Positions 21,081 to 30,832 of a stretch of DNA of 64,000 nt are shown piece by piece. The DNA is from an uncultured bacterium (GTDB lineage: Bacteria; Verrucomicrobiota; Verrucomicrobiia; Limisphaerales; UBA8199): contig CAVVMW010000014.1 of assembly GCA_963749495.1 (NCBI GenBank), positions 576,001 to 640,000 on the forward strand, written 5' to 3'. Made by a program: the position numbers and the translations under genes. Numbering within the stretch: position 1 is the first letter of the stretch; the number at the start of each line of letters is the position of its first letter. Below the pieces are notes generated by a model that ran no database searches, was not told the DNA's origin, and was given only the letters and a program-made list of their open reading frames with translations.

Positions 21081-21650
21081 TCACCGGCCCACCCGCCGCA
21101 CCCTAAACAGTTTCTCCTCCGGCATCTTGGCGCATCCCTGGCACAACGCCTCCAGCTTCTCCACCGGTTGGTTCATGATCGACTTCAGGTAGCTCGACTC
21201 TGGCCGGAACTCCAGCACCTCGCCCTTTCCACCCTTCCGCCGCACCGCCACGAATGACTCCTCCCACGTCAATACCTCCGTCAGCCGCAGGTCCAACCGC
21301 CCCTGGCTGTTCCCTGTCCCCACCGATAATCCATCCACCAGGCACGTAAACGGTGTTTGGGGCGGCACGTAGCAAACCACCTCCAGTTCGTGCTTGCCCC
21401 ATTCTGATTTCATCTCCCGTAGGGCCGCCTGCCCAATCCGCCAGCCGAGCACATTCCACGGCCCCACATGCCCGTGGTAACGCCGGATTTCCCCGTACCA
21501 ATCTGCCGGTGCCTTCCCCACGTTCCATGCGTTGGTGCCCGGCTCCGAATGCACCAACTTCCCGTCCGCTGGCTCGTCGTAGGCCACACCCACGGTGGCC
21601 AGTCCCGCCAGCACCATCAATCCCGCCGCTACCGCCATTTGTATCGTCAT
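21081..21650 (-). CDS. FmdE-family (HGH..C metal-binding) protein with signal peptide
   Basis: YHGHVGPWNVLGWRIG..CLVDGLSVGTGNSQGRLDL; hydrophobic N-terminus. Confidence 0.8.
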   Translation of the reverse strand: MTIQMAVAAGLMVLAGLATVGVAYDEPADGKLVHSEPGTNAWNVGKAPADWYGEIRRYHGHVGPWNVLGWRIGQAALREMKSEWGKHELEVVCYVPPQTPFTCLVDGLSVGTGNSQGRLDLRLTEVLTWEESFVAVRRKGGKGEVLEFRPESSYLKSIMNQPVEKLEALCQGCAKMPEEKLFRVRRVGR

Positions 21651-21710
21651 ACGATTTTGATGTTGCGTAATACTCGTTGTGCGTATTAACATTCTCTGCA
21701 TTCGTAATAC
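21646..21710. promoter_or_regulatory. Two tandem NikR-type operators (6-16-6)
   Basis: GTCATA-N16-TAATAC (21646-21673) and perfect GTATTA-N16-TAATAC (21683-21710); same geometry as the E. coli NikR site GTATGA-N16-TCATAC. Confidence 0.75.
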
Positions 21711-21780
21711 CGACGGACAGCCACGTCAAGCCTGCTCAAGGCTTCGGGGGCTGTCGCAATTGAGCATGAACTGAACAGCT

Positions 21781-22905
21781 ATGAAACTGAACCTTGGCCT
21801 CCTCGCCCTTGCTGCCCTCCTTGTCGCCGGCGCTGCACAGGCCCAAACCTTCCAAAACTTCGAGGCCGTGGACACTAACGGCGTCAGCACCTGGGCCGGC
21901 TCTTACCCCGTCACCCTCACCGGTGTCGTGTTGAACGACCCCAGCGAAATGCTCGATTCGACCCCCAACTTCATCCCCTGGAATAACGGCGCAAGCGCAT
22001 TCCAGCTTGGGGGCCAGTGGCAGATCTTTATCCAATGCGTATGGCCCGGCAACCGAGGCGGCGTCGAGTGCTGGATGGGCCAAAACTACGGCAACCTCCC
22101 CTGGGAACCTCACGACGGCAGCGACAGCTACTCGGATGTAGCCTGGTCGGCGGAAGTCGCTCGTGTGAGCCATGATCCGGCCACCGGCTACGCCTTTCGC
22201 AAAGGGGATTTGGTCACCGTCACGGCCAACGGCTCTCTTTTTTACGGCGGCATGCAGAACATCAACGAAGAGCACAGCACCGACCCGGCCTACAACTTCA
22301 CCATCTCGCTGGTTTGCTCGAACTATGGCCTGCCGACGCCGGAGGTCATCTCCCTATCTTCGGTCATTGGCACGAACCTGAGTGCCACCGGCCATTACGA
22401 CATCTTCGATCCCTCCCGAGCCACTGGCGGGGAGCACTGGCAGGGTATGCGGGTGCGAATCAATGGCCTGACGCTCGTCACGACGAACGGTTGGACCACG
22501 AATTCCGATTGGTCCACACGCTACTGCACGGCCACTGATGGTGAAGGCAGGCAGTTCCCCCTCATTCACCCGCTTTACGACCTCGGCCCCGTCCCGACCA
22601 ACCGCTTTGACGCCACGGGCATCTTCCTTCAGGAATCCGGTTCCGCCACCGACGGCACCTTCGGATACGAACTTTTTGTCCAGGAAATTGACGCATCTGC
22701 CCCCATCGACCTGACAATCGCCATGAAGCCCGTCATCACTTGGCCTGGCTCGCTCTCCAATTACCAGTTGCAATCCAGAGACTCACTCACCTCAACAAAC
22801 TGGACGGCAGTCACCAACTCCCCTGTGCTGGTTAACGGCCAGAACACCGTCATCCTCGACCCAACGGCAGCTCAAAGCTTCTACCGCCTCCAGCGCATCC
22901 AGTGA
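21781..22905 (+). CDS. Secreted protein with C-terminal FYR-motif beta domain
   Basis: Signal peptide ending AQA; C-terminus ..ITWP..YQLQSRDSL..WTAV..QSFYRLQRIQ. Confidence 0.8.
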   Translation: MKLNLGLLALAALLVAGAAQAQTFQNFEAVDTNGVSTWAGSYPVTLTGVVLNDPSEMLDSTPNFIPWNNGASAFQLGGQWQIFIQCVWPGNRGGVECWMGQNYGNLPWEPHDGSDSYSDVAWSAEVARVSHDPATGYAFRKGDLVTVTANGSLFYGGMQNINEEHSTDPAYNFTISLVCSNYGLPTPEVISLSSVIGTNLSATGHYDIFDPSRATGGEHWQGMRVRINGLTLVTTNGWTTNSDWSTRYCTATDGEGRQFPLIHPLYDLGPVPTNRFDATGIFLQESGSATDGTFGYELFVQEIDASAPIDLTIAMKPVITWPGSLSNYQLQSRDSLTSTNWTAVTNSPVLVNGQNTVILDPTAAQSFYRLQRIQ

Positions 22906-22917
22906 AACAACACAGCC

Positions 22918-23594
22918 ATGCACCCCTTTGCTCCACGTCAGACCTCCGGTCGCCCTATAAGGCCGCAGCGACAGGCCTTCACCTTGATCGAATTGCTGGT
23001 GGTGATCGCCATCAGTGCCATTTTGGTGGCGATGCTGCTGCCCGCACTTTCCCGGTCCAAGGAGAGAGCGAAGGTCATCAAAGTCCATGTCGAGCTTGAA
23101 GGGGTCGGCCTCGCACTGGAAATGTATTCGGATGATAACGCTTCCAAACTCCCTCCCGTCCGAGTCAATTGCAACACCGACCTGGCCACCCACTGGTGCC
23201 AGTTTCCCGTCGAACTCGTGGAGCAGCATTACCTTGGGGCTTGGGACAAACCCGGCATGGCCGCCAACATGGAGGACGTTTTCAACCCGAACCACACCTA
23301 CAAGTATGCCGCCCCGGGGCCGAGCTGCTCAACGGCTCTCCCGCCCCGAACTACCAGCTTTGGGTTCCCGACGACCTGCCGATTTGCGCCAGCACCAACG
23401 GCCAATACTACTCCACCCCTAAAGATTCCCCAGTGCGGTGGGTCATTTGGAGCATGGGGCCGAAGCCCGACAGCCCGCAATCCCAGGACGAGCGTGCGCC
23501 GATGGCGAAGCAAAGCTGGTACCGTTGCACGGGTGAAGGCGGTGTGATCGGGCGCTTCCAAACCAGTGCTGGCGTCCAATTCCAGACCCCCTGA
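22918..23594 (+). CDS. Prepilin-type N-terminal cleavage/methylation protein, GspG-like (frameshift near 23318)
   Basis: [32 protein letters not shown]; continuation frame has WVIWSMGP. Confidence 0.8.
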
Positions 23595-23662
23595 CCACTA
23601 TGGCACCATGCACCCTGGAGCACCCTATTGACGACCTCCCTTCCTCTGTTAAGGTCAGCACG

Positions 23663-23866
23663 ATGAGAACAGCCAAAACCGACGGCGTTGTCCGTTTCAC
23701 AGTGTCCGTCCCGCGAGACTTGGCCAAACACCTCGACCAGATGACCTGCGAGAAGGGCTACGACAACCGCTCCCTGGCTGTGGCCGACATGATTCGCGCC
23801 CGCCTCGCTGAGCACCGCCAGAACTATGGCAACCACAACACTTGCCGGCACCATCACCTTGGTTTC
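23663..23866 (+). pseudogene. nikR: Truncated NikR (ribbon-helix-helix domain only)
   Basis: VVRFTVSVPRDL..DQM..KGYDNRSLAVADMIR; shifted frame gives AGTITLV, then the convergent gene begins; Ni-binding ACT domain missing. Confidence 0.8.
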
Positions 23867-24361
23867 TCAACTCTCAGCCATCCAGGGACAACGGTGCTTC
23901 TGCGGGCACTCGCTGCACGCATGCGTGCGTGAGACCAAGGGCAGGATGACGAAGGCGTTGAGGGCGAAGACCGCCAACAAGCCTGCCAGTCCCTTTGAAT
24001 AGGTTCGACTCAGTGCGATCACGCCGCACGCCACAGGGATCAGCCAAAGGGGAACAATAACAGGGATGTGACGTTTGAACTTCGTCGCAAAGCACTCCTG
24101 TTCCCCTTTGCGCACGAGTTTCGCCGCCAGGACCCCATAGCCGCAAGGACAGCCCCGGGTGTCGTAATAGCCGCAGTAGCGACAGATGAAGATCATAATC
24201 CAAACAGCGCCGGCGAACCCGTAGGCCAGGTAGCAGGCGGCGGCCGCCAGTGCCCCGGCCGAAAAGTCGAATCCCCAGGCGATGCTGGCCGCACCTGTCA
24301 CCACCATGACGGTGTAAGGAAGGTTGGCGACGAGTGTCTGTGTCCTGGTGTATTCTTGCAT
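23867..24361 (-). CDS. Small membrane protein with Cys clusters
   Basis: Four hydrophobic segments; CRYCGYY..CPCGYG and CSECPQKHRCPW. Confidence 0.7.
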   Translation of the reverse strand: MQEYTRTQTLVANLPYTVMVVTGAASIAWGFDFSAGALAAAACYLAYGFAGAVWIMIFICRYCGYYDTRGCPCGYGVLAAKLVRKGEQECFATKFKRHIPVIVPLWLIPVACGVIALSRTYSKGLAGLLAVFALNAFVILPLVSRTHACSECPQKHRCPWMAES

Positions 24362-24383
24362 GGCGTCTTACTTTCAGGGCTCA

Positions 24384-25169
24384 TCAGGGTTCCACATCGG
24401 CCTTTTCGAGAACCATGAGGATCCGGTTGAACGCGTCGGACAAGTCGGCGTAGTTGCGCAAGTCCACCGTGAACCGGGCGTCCCCGTTCTGCCGCGAAGC
24501 CGCACTGCCATCCGCATAGAGGATGTCCACGAAATGCTGCTGGTGATGCGTGCGGGGCTTGACGTTGAACGCCGCGAGGTTGGGAGGACACAAAAATTCC
24601 GAGTCAATGGCAAGCGCCCGGATGGGTTGGCCGTTGCGGTTCAGGCCCAGGCTGTCCAGTTTCAGATGGGCGGGCACATTCGTGCTGGCTGGACTGTCGA
24701 ACAACAGCGTGTTGCCCCCGTGGCGATAGTAATAGCTGCCTTGGGCCTGATAATGGCCCACCTTGGCCAACTCGGCGTCTGCATCCACCGGCTGGTCCGT
24801 TCCGGGACAGAAGAGAACCTTCACTTGGGCGGCCAATTGCTGATCGAGCAACAGGCCCAAGCCCACCGGGGCGCCTGATTGAAGCGAGAGCAGACTGGTC
24901 GGCGCTCCGGTGGAAGGATAAAAACTCGAAGGACTCGTGAATGGCGGAGCCTTTGGACCGTAGGGAATCAGGCCACCGTTCTCGCCTGCGTATCCTTGAA
25001 TCGCAATGCCCACCTGCCGCAGGTTTGACATACAGACCGCTTTCCGCCCCGCCTGCTTTGCAGCCGCCAGCGCCGGAAGCAACAACGCCGCCAGGGTGGC
25101 GATGATGGCAAGCACGACCAGCAGTTCCATCAGGGTGAAACCTCGCGGCGATGATGGCGTGGAGACCAT
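24384..25169 (-). CDS. Prepilin-type N-methylation protein with H-X9-DG-like C-terminal motif (DUF1559-like)
   Basis: [52 protein letters not shown]. Confidence 0.88.
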   Translation of the reverse strand: MVSTPSSPRGFTLMELLVVLAIIATLAALLLPALAAAKQAGRKAVCMSNLRQVGIAIQGYAGENGGLIPYGPKAPPFTSPSSFYPSTGAPTSLLSLQSGAPVGLGLLLDQQLAAQVKVLFCPGTDQPVDADAELAKVGHYQAQGSYYYRHGGNTLLFDSPASTNVPAHLKLDSLGLNRNGQPIRALAIDSEFLCPPNLAAFNVKPRTHHQQHFVDILYADGSAASRQNGDARFTVDLRNYADLSDAFNRILMVLEKADVEP

Positions 25170-25182
25170 TGAGTCGAAGAGC

Positions 25183-26229
25183 CTACGGCAACTGCCGCGC
25201 TCGATAGAAACGCCGGGCAGAGTTCGTCAGCAGTTCGCTGAAGAAAACGCTGCCGGTGTCATTGGTCAATGTGCCAAGGTTTGTCCAGTTGGCCATCGGC
25301 AGCGTGACGTCGGTGCTGGCCAGAATCTCGAATTTGAGTCCAGGCTCGCTTTCCAGCCCGAAACCGAAGTAGCCGTTGGTTGCCGCTGGGCCGACCAGGA
25401 TGGGCGCGCGGGTTTCAGTCAGGCGGGCGTTGTCCAAGTCCCAAAAACCGCCCTCCATCCCGAAATCCACCGTGGACATGATGGCCACTCCAATATGTTG
25501 GCCCGCCCAGGGATCGCTGGCTTTCACGAACGGCACGTTCACCTGAAAGTCAATCAGGTGCGTCTGATTGCTGAAGACGTCGGGGGTGTTGGTAACGCTG
25601 GTGGCGGCCACAATCACTTGATTGCTCGCGGCATCACGGTAGTAAAGGCTCAACTCCAGACTGGCGCCATTGGTCATTCCGCCGCCGCCGCCGATCAACC
25701 CGACGCGCAGATTATAGGCTTTGCCCACCTCGAACGCCGCATTGAAGGCGTGTTCGGGCGCCGAGTTTGTTCCCCCAATCGAGTCGTAGTCTTGGAAGAG
25801 CCCGACCTCGGGAACGGCAAAAACCCAAACTGCCTGGTTGCCGTCCATGTTGTCGATATGGTCCGCACTGCCGGCCGCCGTGTTGGCGAAAACACCGGTC
25901 AGTTGGGTCCAGAGAAAGCCGCCGCTCTCGTCTGTACCAGAAAGGCTTGGGCGTCTTCTGCCAGGAGTCAATCTGCGTATCCACGTACACAGTCCCAGGC
26001 GATTCAAACGACCCGTTGGGGATGTAGATTGTGCCTGCTCGGAGTGTGCCCGTCCACATGGCCAAGGACGCGGCTGCTGCGGCAAAGGCCCGCAGGGCGC
26101 GGCCAGTCAAGGGGAGACGCAGTTTCCCGGAGGCGGCTGTCTTGCCGGCCCGAGCAAGCCGCCAATCATGATGCAGCGCGCTCTGCCGGTGCCGGTTGCC
26201 GCTCTGCCTTCGGATTTGAGTATCGTCAT
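25183..26229 (-). CDS. Secreted protein with C-terminal FYR-motif domain (apparent frameshifts near 26110 and 25934)
   Basis: Signal-like [23 protein letters not shown] joins [33 protein letters not shown]; start uncertain (26229 or TTG 26110). Confidence 0.7.
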
Positions 26230-26248
26230 AGGTTCGCGATTAAAGTCT

Positions 26249-26268
26249 ATGTGCGCAGTTGTGCATAT
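26249..26268. promoter_or_regulatory. ArsR/SmtB-type operator (imperfect 9-2-9 inverted repeat)
   Basis: ATGTGCGCA-GT-TGTGCATAT between arsR and its downstream cassette; resembles SmtB/CzrA ATATGAACA-N2-TGTTCATAT architecture. Confidence 0.6.
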
Positions 26269-26312
26269 TTCTTCCCTCCAAAGCAATCCAATTCCACGAA
26301 CCTGCCGGGAAC

Positions 26313-26618
26313 CTACTTCGGCAACTTGTCGAACCGGAACGTGCAGCAGCCCAGTTCCAGCACGTTCTTGTTGGCAGAAAGCTGGTTGTTGAGGCGCGGG
26401 GCCACCGCATAGAGCCTCTGCTGGCCCTCCTTTTCCATTTCCACCAGCCCTGCCTCTTTCAGAATCCGCAAGTGCTTCGACACGTTGTACTGCGACATTT
26501 TCAGGCGCTCCGAAATTTGATTTACCCCCAGTTGCTCCCTCAGCAGCAACCCCACGATGCGCATGCGGTTCAACTCACCCAGCGCCTTCAAAGCGGCAAT
26601 GCAATCAATCCCAGTCAT
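26313..26618 (-). CDS. ArsR/SmtB family metalloregulator with C-terminal Cys-Cys
   Basis: LKALGELNRMRIV..SQYNVSKHLRILKEAGLV..ELGCCTFRF. Confidence 0.92.
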   Translation of the reverse strand: MTGIDCIAALKALGELNRMRIVGLLLREQLGVNQISERLKMSQYNVSKHLRILKEAGLVEMEKEGQQRLYAVAPRLNNQLSANKNVLELGCCTFRFDKLPK

Positions 26619-26748
26619 CCCTGTGATGATAGCCGCCAGCTCGCGTCAGGCAAGCCACCCGCAGGCTTCCGGTCCATCTCTGCGAAGCCCATCGACAAAC
26701 GCAACCCTCCGCGCTCCGCTCCCGCCACACCTTCAACCCGGAAGCCGG

Positions 26749-27486
26749 TTACCGGGTGAAGATTAGTTTTGCGCCGGCGATGAGGAGGACGACCGCCAGG
26801 AGGCGCTTGATAACGGTGTGCGGAAACCGGCGGCTGCCGAAATAGGAACCTGCGGTGCCACCAATGACCACGGCCACCGCCAGCATGAGGGCGAGCGGGG
26901 GAAGCCGCCGGGTGCTGGCGAGATTTCCGAGCAGGCCGGAAGCCGAGTTCACGAGGATGAACAGGGCGGAAACGGCCGCCGCCGTCTTGGTGCGAGCCCA
27001 GCGCATGAGCAGGAGCAGGGGGGTCAGAAAGATGCCGCCCCCGGTGCCCGTCAGGCCGGAGAGCAGACCGAGGCCGGCGCCGATGGAGATGGCAGCCGGG
27101 AGGGAGGGTTCATGGAGCACGTCGTCGGCGCCGGGCCGCAGGAGAAAGCGCGCGGCAGAGAACCAAAGCACGAGGCCCACCGCGGCTTTGAAGACGTGGG
27201 TGGGAAGGCTGATATAGCCGCCCAGGAAGGCCGCCGGGATGGAAAGCAGGGCAAAGGGCCAGAAGAGCCGCCACGAGAAATACCCGGCGCGCCAGAATTG
27301 CCACGCGCCAATGCTGGCAACCAGAATGTTGAGCAGCAGCGCGGTGGGTTTGATCACCCCAGGAGCCAGGCTGAACAGAGACATGACTGCGATGTAGCCG
27401 GACGCGCCCGCGTGCCCGACCGAGGAATAGAGGAGGGCCACCAGCAACACGGCCGCAGCCAGAAGGGGAAGTTGTTCGGGTGTCAT
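26749..27486 (-). CDS. TauE/SafE (TSUP) family membrane transporter
   Basis: YSSVGHAGASGY and SGLTGTGGGIFLTP repeats; about eight TMs. Confidence 0.88.
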   Translation of the reverse strand: MTPEQLPLLAAAVLLVALLYSSVGHAGASGYIAVMSLFSLAPGVIKPTALLLNILVASIGAWQFWRAGYFSWRLFWPFALLSIPAAFLGGYISLPTHVFKAAVGLVLWFSAARFLLRPGADDVLHEPSLPAAISIGAGLGLLSGLTGTGGGIFLTPLLLLMRWARTKTAAAVSALFILVNSASGLLGNLASTRRLPPLALMLAVAVVIGGTAGSYFGSRRFPHTVIKRLLAVVLLIAGAKLIFTR

Positions 27487-27501
27487 GGGTCAATTCCTGC
27501 G

Positions 27502-28458
27502 TTACTGCCAGAGTAGCAGCCGGTAGAACCTCTGCCGATTCGTCACGGTGTCCACAAACACACCCTGGTCATCAAACGGCCTGGCGGGAACCGTGAACAA
27601 GTTGGACCAAGCTCCCGCCCAACCTGCCGGCAAACCGTCGAGCCCCTGCACCGCGTAAGACCAGTTTGAGACCGTGTTGAACCGGATGGCCACCTGGTTC
27701 GTCCCGAGGCGCTCAATCGAAGTGATCCGCACCAGCGGCTTCGCAACGGCTGTAATCGTTAAGCTCGGCCAGGCGTTAGATGTGGCGAAATGCCTCGAGT
27801 TGAAGGTGAAACCCACCGAGGCGCTCGCCGCTGTCAGATACAAGTTCAGGTCGGTCCCGGCCACGATGTTCGACACCAACGCCCCCGCCAGCATCAGCGG
27901 AAAGGACACCGGCCCGCTCACTCCGCTGTTAGTGAACCGGCCCACCGACGCATCGGCCGCCGGGTTGAGGACCGAAGCCAGGTCCTGGTAAGCAACGCCG
28001 TCCGTCGTGGGCGTATTCGGTGTGCCGGTTCCTTCCGCCCAGGCGTCCGCGCCAATCCACCGAATCTCAAACCCGCCCACACCCCGGTTGAAAATCGCGT
28101 TATTCGGCGCGCCAACCTCATTCACGACCAGCGTTGCCGCCGTCACCACCCAACCGTTGCTGCCGAGCTGGCCATTCAACGACGACGCCACGTCCGACAT
28201 CGGAAACCGCATCAAACTGTCGAACAACCCATTCTGCTGGCCCGACCCGTTCACGGCAGCCGACCCCGAGACCGACAAGGACCCCGCCGCCCCGTAGTTG
28301 CTGCCAGGCGCCACCGAGCGCACAAAGGCATCCGCCACCGGTGTCACCGCGACGGTTGCCGCCTGGCCGCAGCAAACGAGCTGCGCGCCGGCCACCACGC
28401 CCAGCGCGACCGCTCGCCAGAACCCGCGCCCACTTTTTTGTTGCGTCTTCCGCCGCAC
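27502..28458 (-). CDS. Secreted DNRLRE-like domain protein with C-terminal FYR-motif domain
   Basis: PVADAFVRS..NYG..SLMRF..ATL..WAEG; ends RQRFYRLLLWQ; GTG start at 28458. Confidence 0.75.
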   Translation of the reverse strand: MRRKTQQKSGRGFWRAVALGVVAGAQLVCCGQAATVAVTPVADAFVRSVAPGSNYGAAGSLSVSGSAAVNGSGQQNGLFDSLMRFPMSDVASSLNGQLGSNGWVVTAATLVVNEVGAPNNAIFNRGVGGFEIRWIGADAWAEGTGTPNTPTTDGVAYQDLASVLNPAADASVGRFTNSGVSGPVSFPLMLAGALVSNIVAGTDLNLYLTAASASVGFTFNSRHFATSNAWPSLTITAVAKPLVRITSIERLGTNQVAIRFNTVSNWSYAVQGLDGLPAGWAGAWSNLFTVPARPFDDQGVFVDTVTNRQRFYRLLLWQ

Positions 28459-28460
28459 TC

Positions 28461-28484
28461 CGTTGTATTGAACGTTATATATCG
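28461..28484. promoter_or_regulatory. ModE-type operator
   Basis: CGTTGTAT-N8-ATATATCG, matching the ModE palindrome CGTTATAT-N8-ATATAACG; fills the 27-bp gap between divergent genes. Confidence 0.75.
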
Positions 28485-28485
28485 C

Positions 28486-29262
28486 ATGAAGACAATCTCG
28501 AATGCACCCTGTAAAATGGCGCTGGCCGCTACCGCGCTTCCCCTGCTCCTCGCGCTCCCGGCTCACGCCGCCACTTTCAACCTCTATCCCTCTGCCGACG
28601 CCTTTGTCACTACCGGCCCGTCCGGCAATCTCAGCGGCAATAACTACGGTGCCGCAGGGGCCCTTTCCGTGGCCGCTTCGGGCCTGGCCAAGGGCGAGTT
28701 CCAGAGCGTCCTGCGATTCGACCTCTCCGCGGCCCGCACCTCCTTCGATAGCCAGTTCGGCGCGGGCCAGTGGAACCTTCAGTCCATCACCCTCTCCCTC
28801 ACCGCCACGTCACCGAACAACCCCATCTTCAACTCCAGCGCCGCCGGCCAGTTCGGCATCTCCTGGATGCAGAACGACTCCTGGGCCGAGGGCGCCGGCA
28901 CGCCCGCCACCCCCACCACGACCAGCATTACCTTTTCGAGCCTTCCATCCTTCACCAGCGCAGGAGACGAAAGCCTCGGTACCTTCGGTTTCAACGGAGC
29001 CACCAGCGGCGCGGCCACCTACACCCTCAGCCTCACCCCCGGCTTCTTGGCCGATGCCTCGGCCGGCAACCTCGTTAGCCTCCACCTCTCTGCCGCCGAC
29101 AGCGCCGTTAGCTACCTCTTCGATTCCGTCAATTTCAGCACCGCCTCGGCTCGCCCCCTCCTGTCCGTTGTCGCCGTACCCGAGCCAGGCGCGCTCTCCC
29201 TGCTCGCCGCTGGCGCCGTCCTGCTTTTCGGGGCAAGGTGCCGCCGAAAGTATAAGGAATGA
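28486..29262 (+). CDS. PEP-CTERM-sorted DNRLRE-like domain protein
   Basis: Signal peptide (AHA); [43 protein letters not shown]. Confidence 0.88.
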   Translation: MKTISNAPCKMALAATALPLLLALPAHAATFNLYPSADAFVTTGPSGNLSGNNYGAAGALSVAASGLAKGEFQSVLRFDLSAARTSFDSQFGAGQWNLQSITLSLTATSPNNPIFNSSAAGQFGISWMQNDSWAEGAGTPATPTTTSITFSSLPSFTSAGDESLGTFGFNGATSGAATYTLSLTPGFLADASAGNLVSLHLSAADSAVSYLFDSVNFSTASARPLLSVVAVPEPGALSLLAAGAVLLFGARCRRKYKE

Positions 29263-29960
29263 ACCGCCTCCGTTCAGGCGCAGCTTTTACCCTCGTGGAG
29301 CTGCTCGTCGTCATCGCCATTATCGCGATCCTGGCGAGCCTCCTCCTGCCCACCCTGAGCCGCCCCCAGGTCAAAGCCCGCTCCACCCAATGCGTGAGCA
29401 ACCTCCGCCAGTGGGGGTTGGCTTACCGGCAATACGCCGACGACAACAAAGACTTCCTGCCCCGGCGCGGCCAGGGCGTGCAGCCCCTCACGCAAATCGA
29501 CCGCCCCGAAGACTGGTTCAACGCTCTCCCCTCTTACTTCAATTCGCAGCCCTACCAGCAGCTCTTCGCCGCTAATCAGAAGCTCAAACCCCGCTCCAAT
29601 TCGGTCTTTGTCTGCCCGGTTGCCACGGACCCCGGCAGCAACCACTTCCTTCCCTACGGCATGAACATGAACCTCTCGCCGTGGATCCTCCCCCAGGCTA
29701 CCAAATTTGCCGAGGTGGTTCGTCCCTCACAGGTCGTAGCGATGGCCGACGCCCCCGGGCCCTACGCTTCGACCTTTCCCTCCACCAAACCCTACAGCGT
29801 GCTCGCCCGGCACGCGCGCCGGGTGAACATCCTGTTCCTTGCCGGCCAGGTCAATTCCTTCGCCGCTGACTACGTTGGCTGCGGAGTCGGCGACCCCAAG
29901 CGCGACGACGTCCGTTGGCTTACCGGCACCGACAGCGACAACACCGCCGGAAACTACTGA
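29259..29960 (+). CDS. Prepilin-type N-methylation protein, DUF1559-like (H-X9-AG variant)
   Basis: [55 protein letters not shown]. Confidence 0.88.
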   Translation: MNRLRSGAAFTLVELLVVIAIIAILASLLLPTLSRPQVKARSTQCVSNLRQWGLAYRQYADDNKDFLPRRGQGVQPLTQIDRPEDWFNALPSYFNSQPYQQLFAANQKLKPRSNSVFVCPVATDPGSNHFLPYGMNMNLSPWILPQATKFAEVVRPSQVVAMADAPGPYASTFPSTKPYSVLARHARRVNILFLAGQVNSFAADYVGCGVGDPKRDDVRWLTGTDSDNTAGNY

Positions 29961-29963
29961 TTT

Positions 29964-30821
29964 ATGAGACTCAAACTCATGGGCGTTCTTGCCTTGGTCG
30001 TGGTTCTCGCCTTTGTCCTCCACAAACGCGTCGCCAGCAAAGCGCAGTCCGACCGCCGCGTCGTGCGCTGCGCGGTCATTGGCGGCATGACCATGACCGG
30101 CCTGTGGCCCGAGATCGTCAAGCTGTTCGAAGCCAACACCGGCTACCGCTGCGAACTCGTCGCCACCGGCCCACGCCCCGAGATCGCCGAACCCTTCCGC
30201 GCTGGCAAAGTGGACTTGCTTACCATGCATTCAGGCGACATCACCACCGACCTGGTCGCCGACGGCTTCGGCATCAACATGCGCCCCTGGACGCGCAACG
30301 AGCTCTCCATCGTCGGCCCAACCAACGACCCCGCCCACGTCCGCGGCATGACCAACGGCGCCGCTGCTCTCCGCAAAATCGCCGAGGCCAAGGCCCGCTT
30401 TGTTGACTTCCAGGGTGTCGGCAGCCGCGAACTCGCCCACAACCTCTGGCGCGCCTCCGGCGTCGAACCCAAAGGCGACTGGGTCCTCAAAGACGAAACC
30501 GTCTCCAAGTTTGACATCCTCCAGTTTGCCCGCACGAACAACGCCTACGTCATTGTCGGTTACATCCCTGCACGTCTTGGCAGGATGAACCCGGCGGGCA
30601 TGGAAATTCTGGTGCAAGGCGACCCCGCCATGCGCCGCCCCTTCATTGTCATGGAAGCCAACCCCAGGAAATTCCCCCACGCCAACCACGCCGGCGCGCG
30701 GGCGCTCTCCGACTTCCTCCTCTCACCCAAGGTGCAAGCTTTCCTGGCCGAGTTCGGCCAAAAAACCACAGGTCGCGGGCCTCTCTTCCATCCGGTGCAG
30801 ACCGCTACCGAAGAGAAATAG
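29964..30821 (+). CDS. TupA/ModA-like tungstate/molybdate-type periplasmic binding protein
   Basis: GKVDLLTMHS..NELSIVGPTNDPAHVRG..AAALRKIA..DFLLSPKVQAFLAEFG; lacks the canonical TTTS (has VIGGM). Confidence 0.75.
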   Translation: MRLKLMGVLALVVVLAFVLHKRVASKAQSDRRVVRCAVIGGMTMTGLWPEIVKLFEANTGYRCELVATGPRPEIAEPFRAGKVDLLTMHSGDITTDLVADGFGINMRPWTRNELSIVGPTNDPAHVRGMTNGAAALRKIAEAKARFVDFQGVGSRELAHNLWRASGVEPKGDWVLKDETVSKFDILQFARTNNAYVIVGYIPARLGRMNPAGMEILVQGDPAMRRPFIVMEANPRKFPHANHAGARALSDFLLSPKVQAFLAEFGQKTTGRGPLFHPVQTATEEK

Positions 30822-30832
30822 CGCCCATCCCG

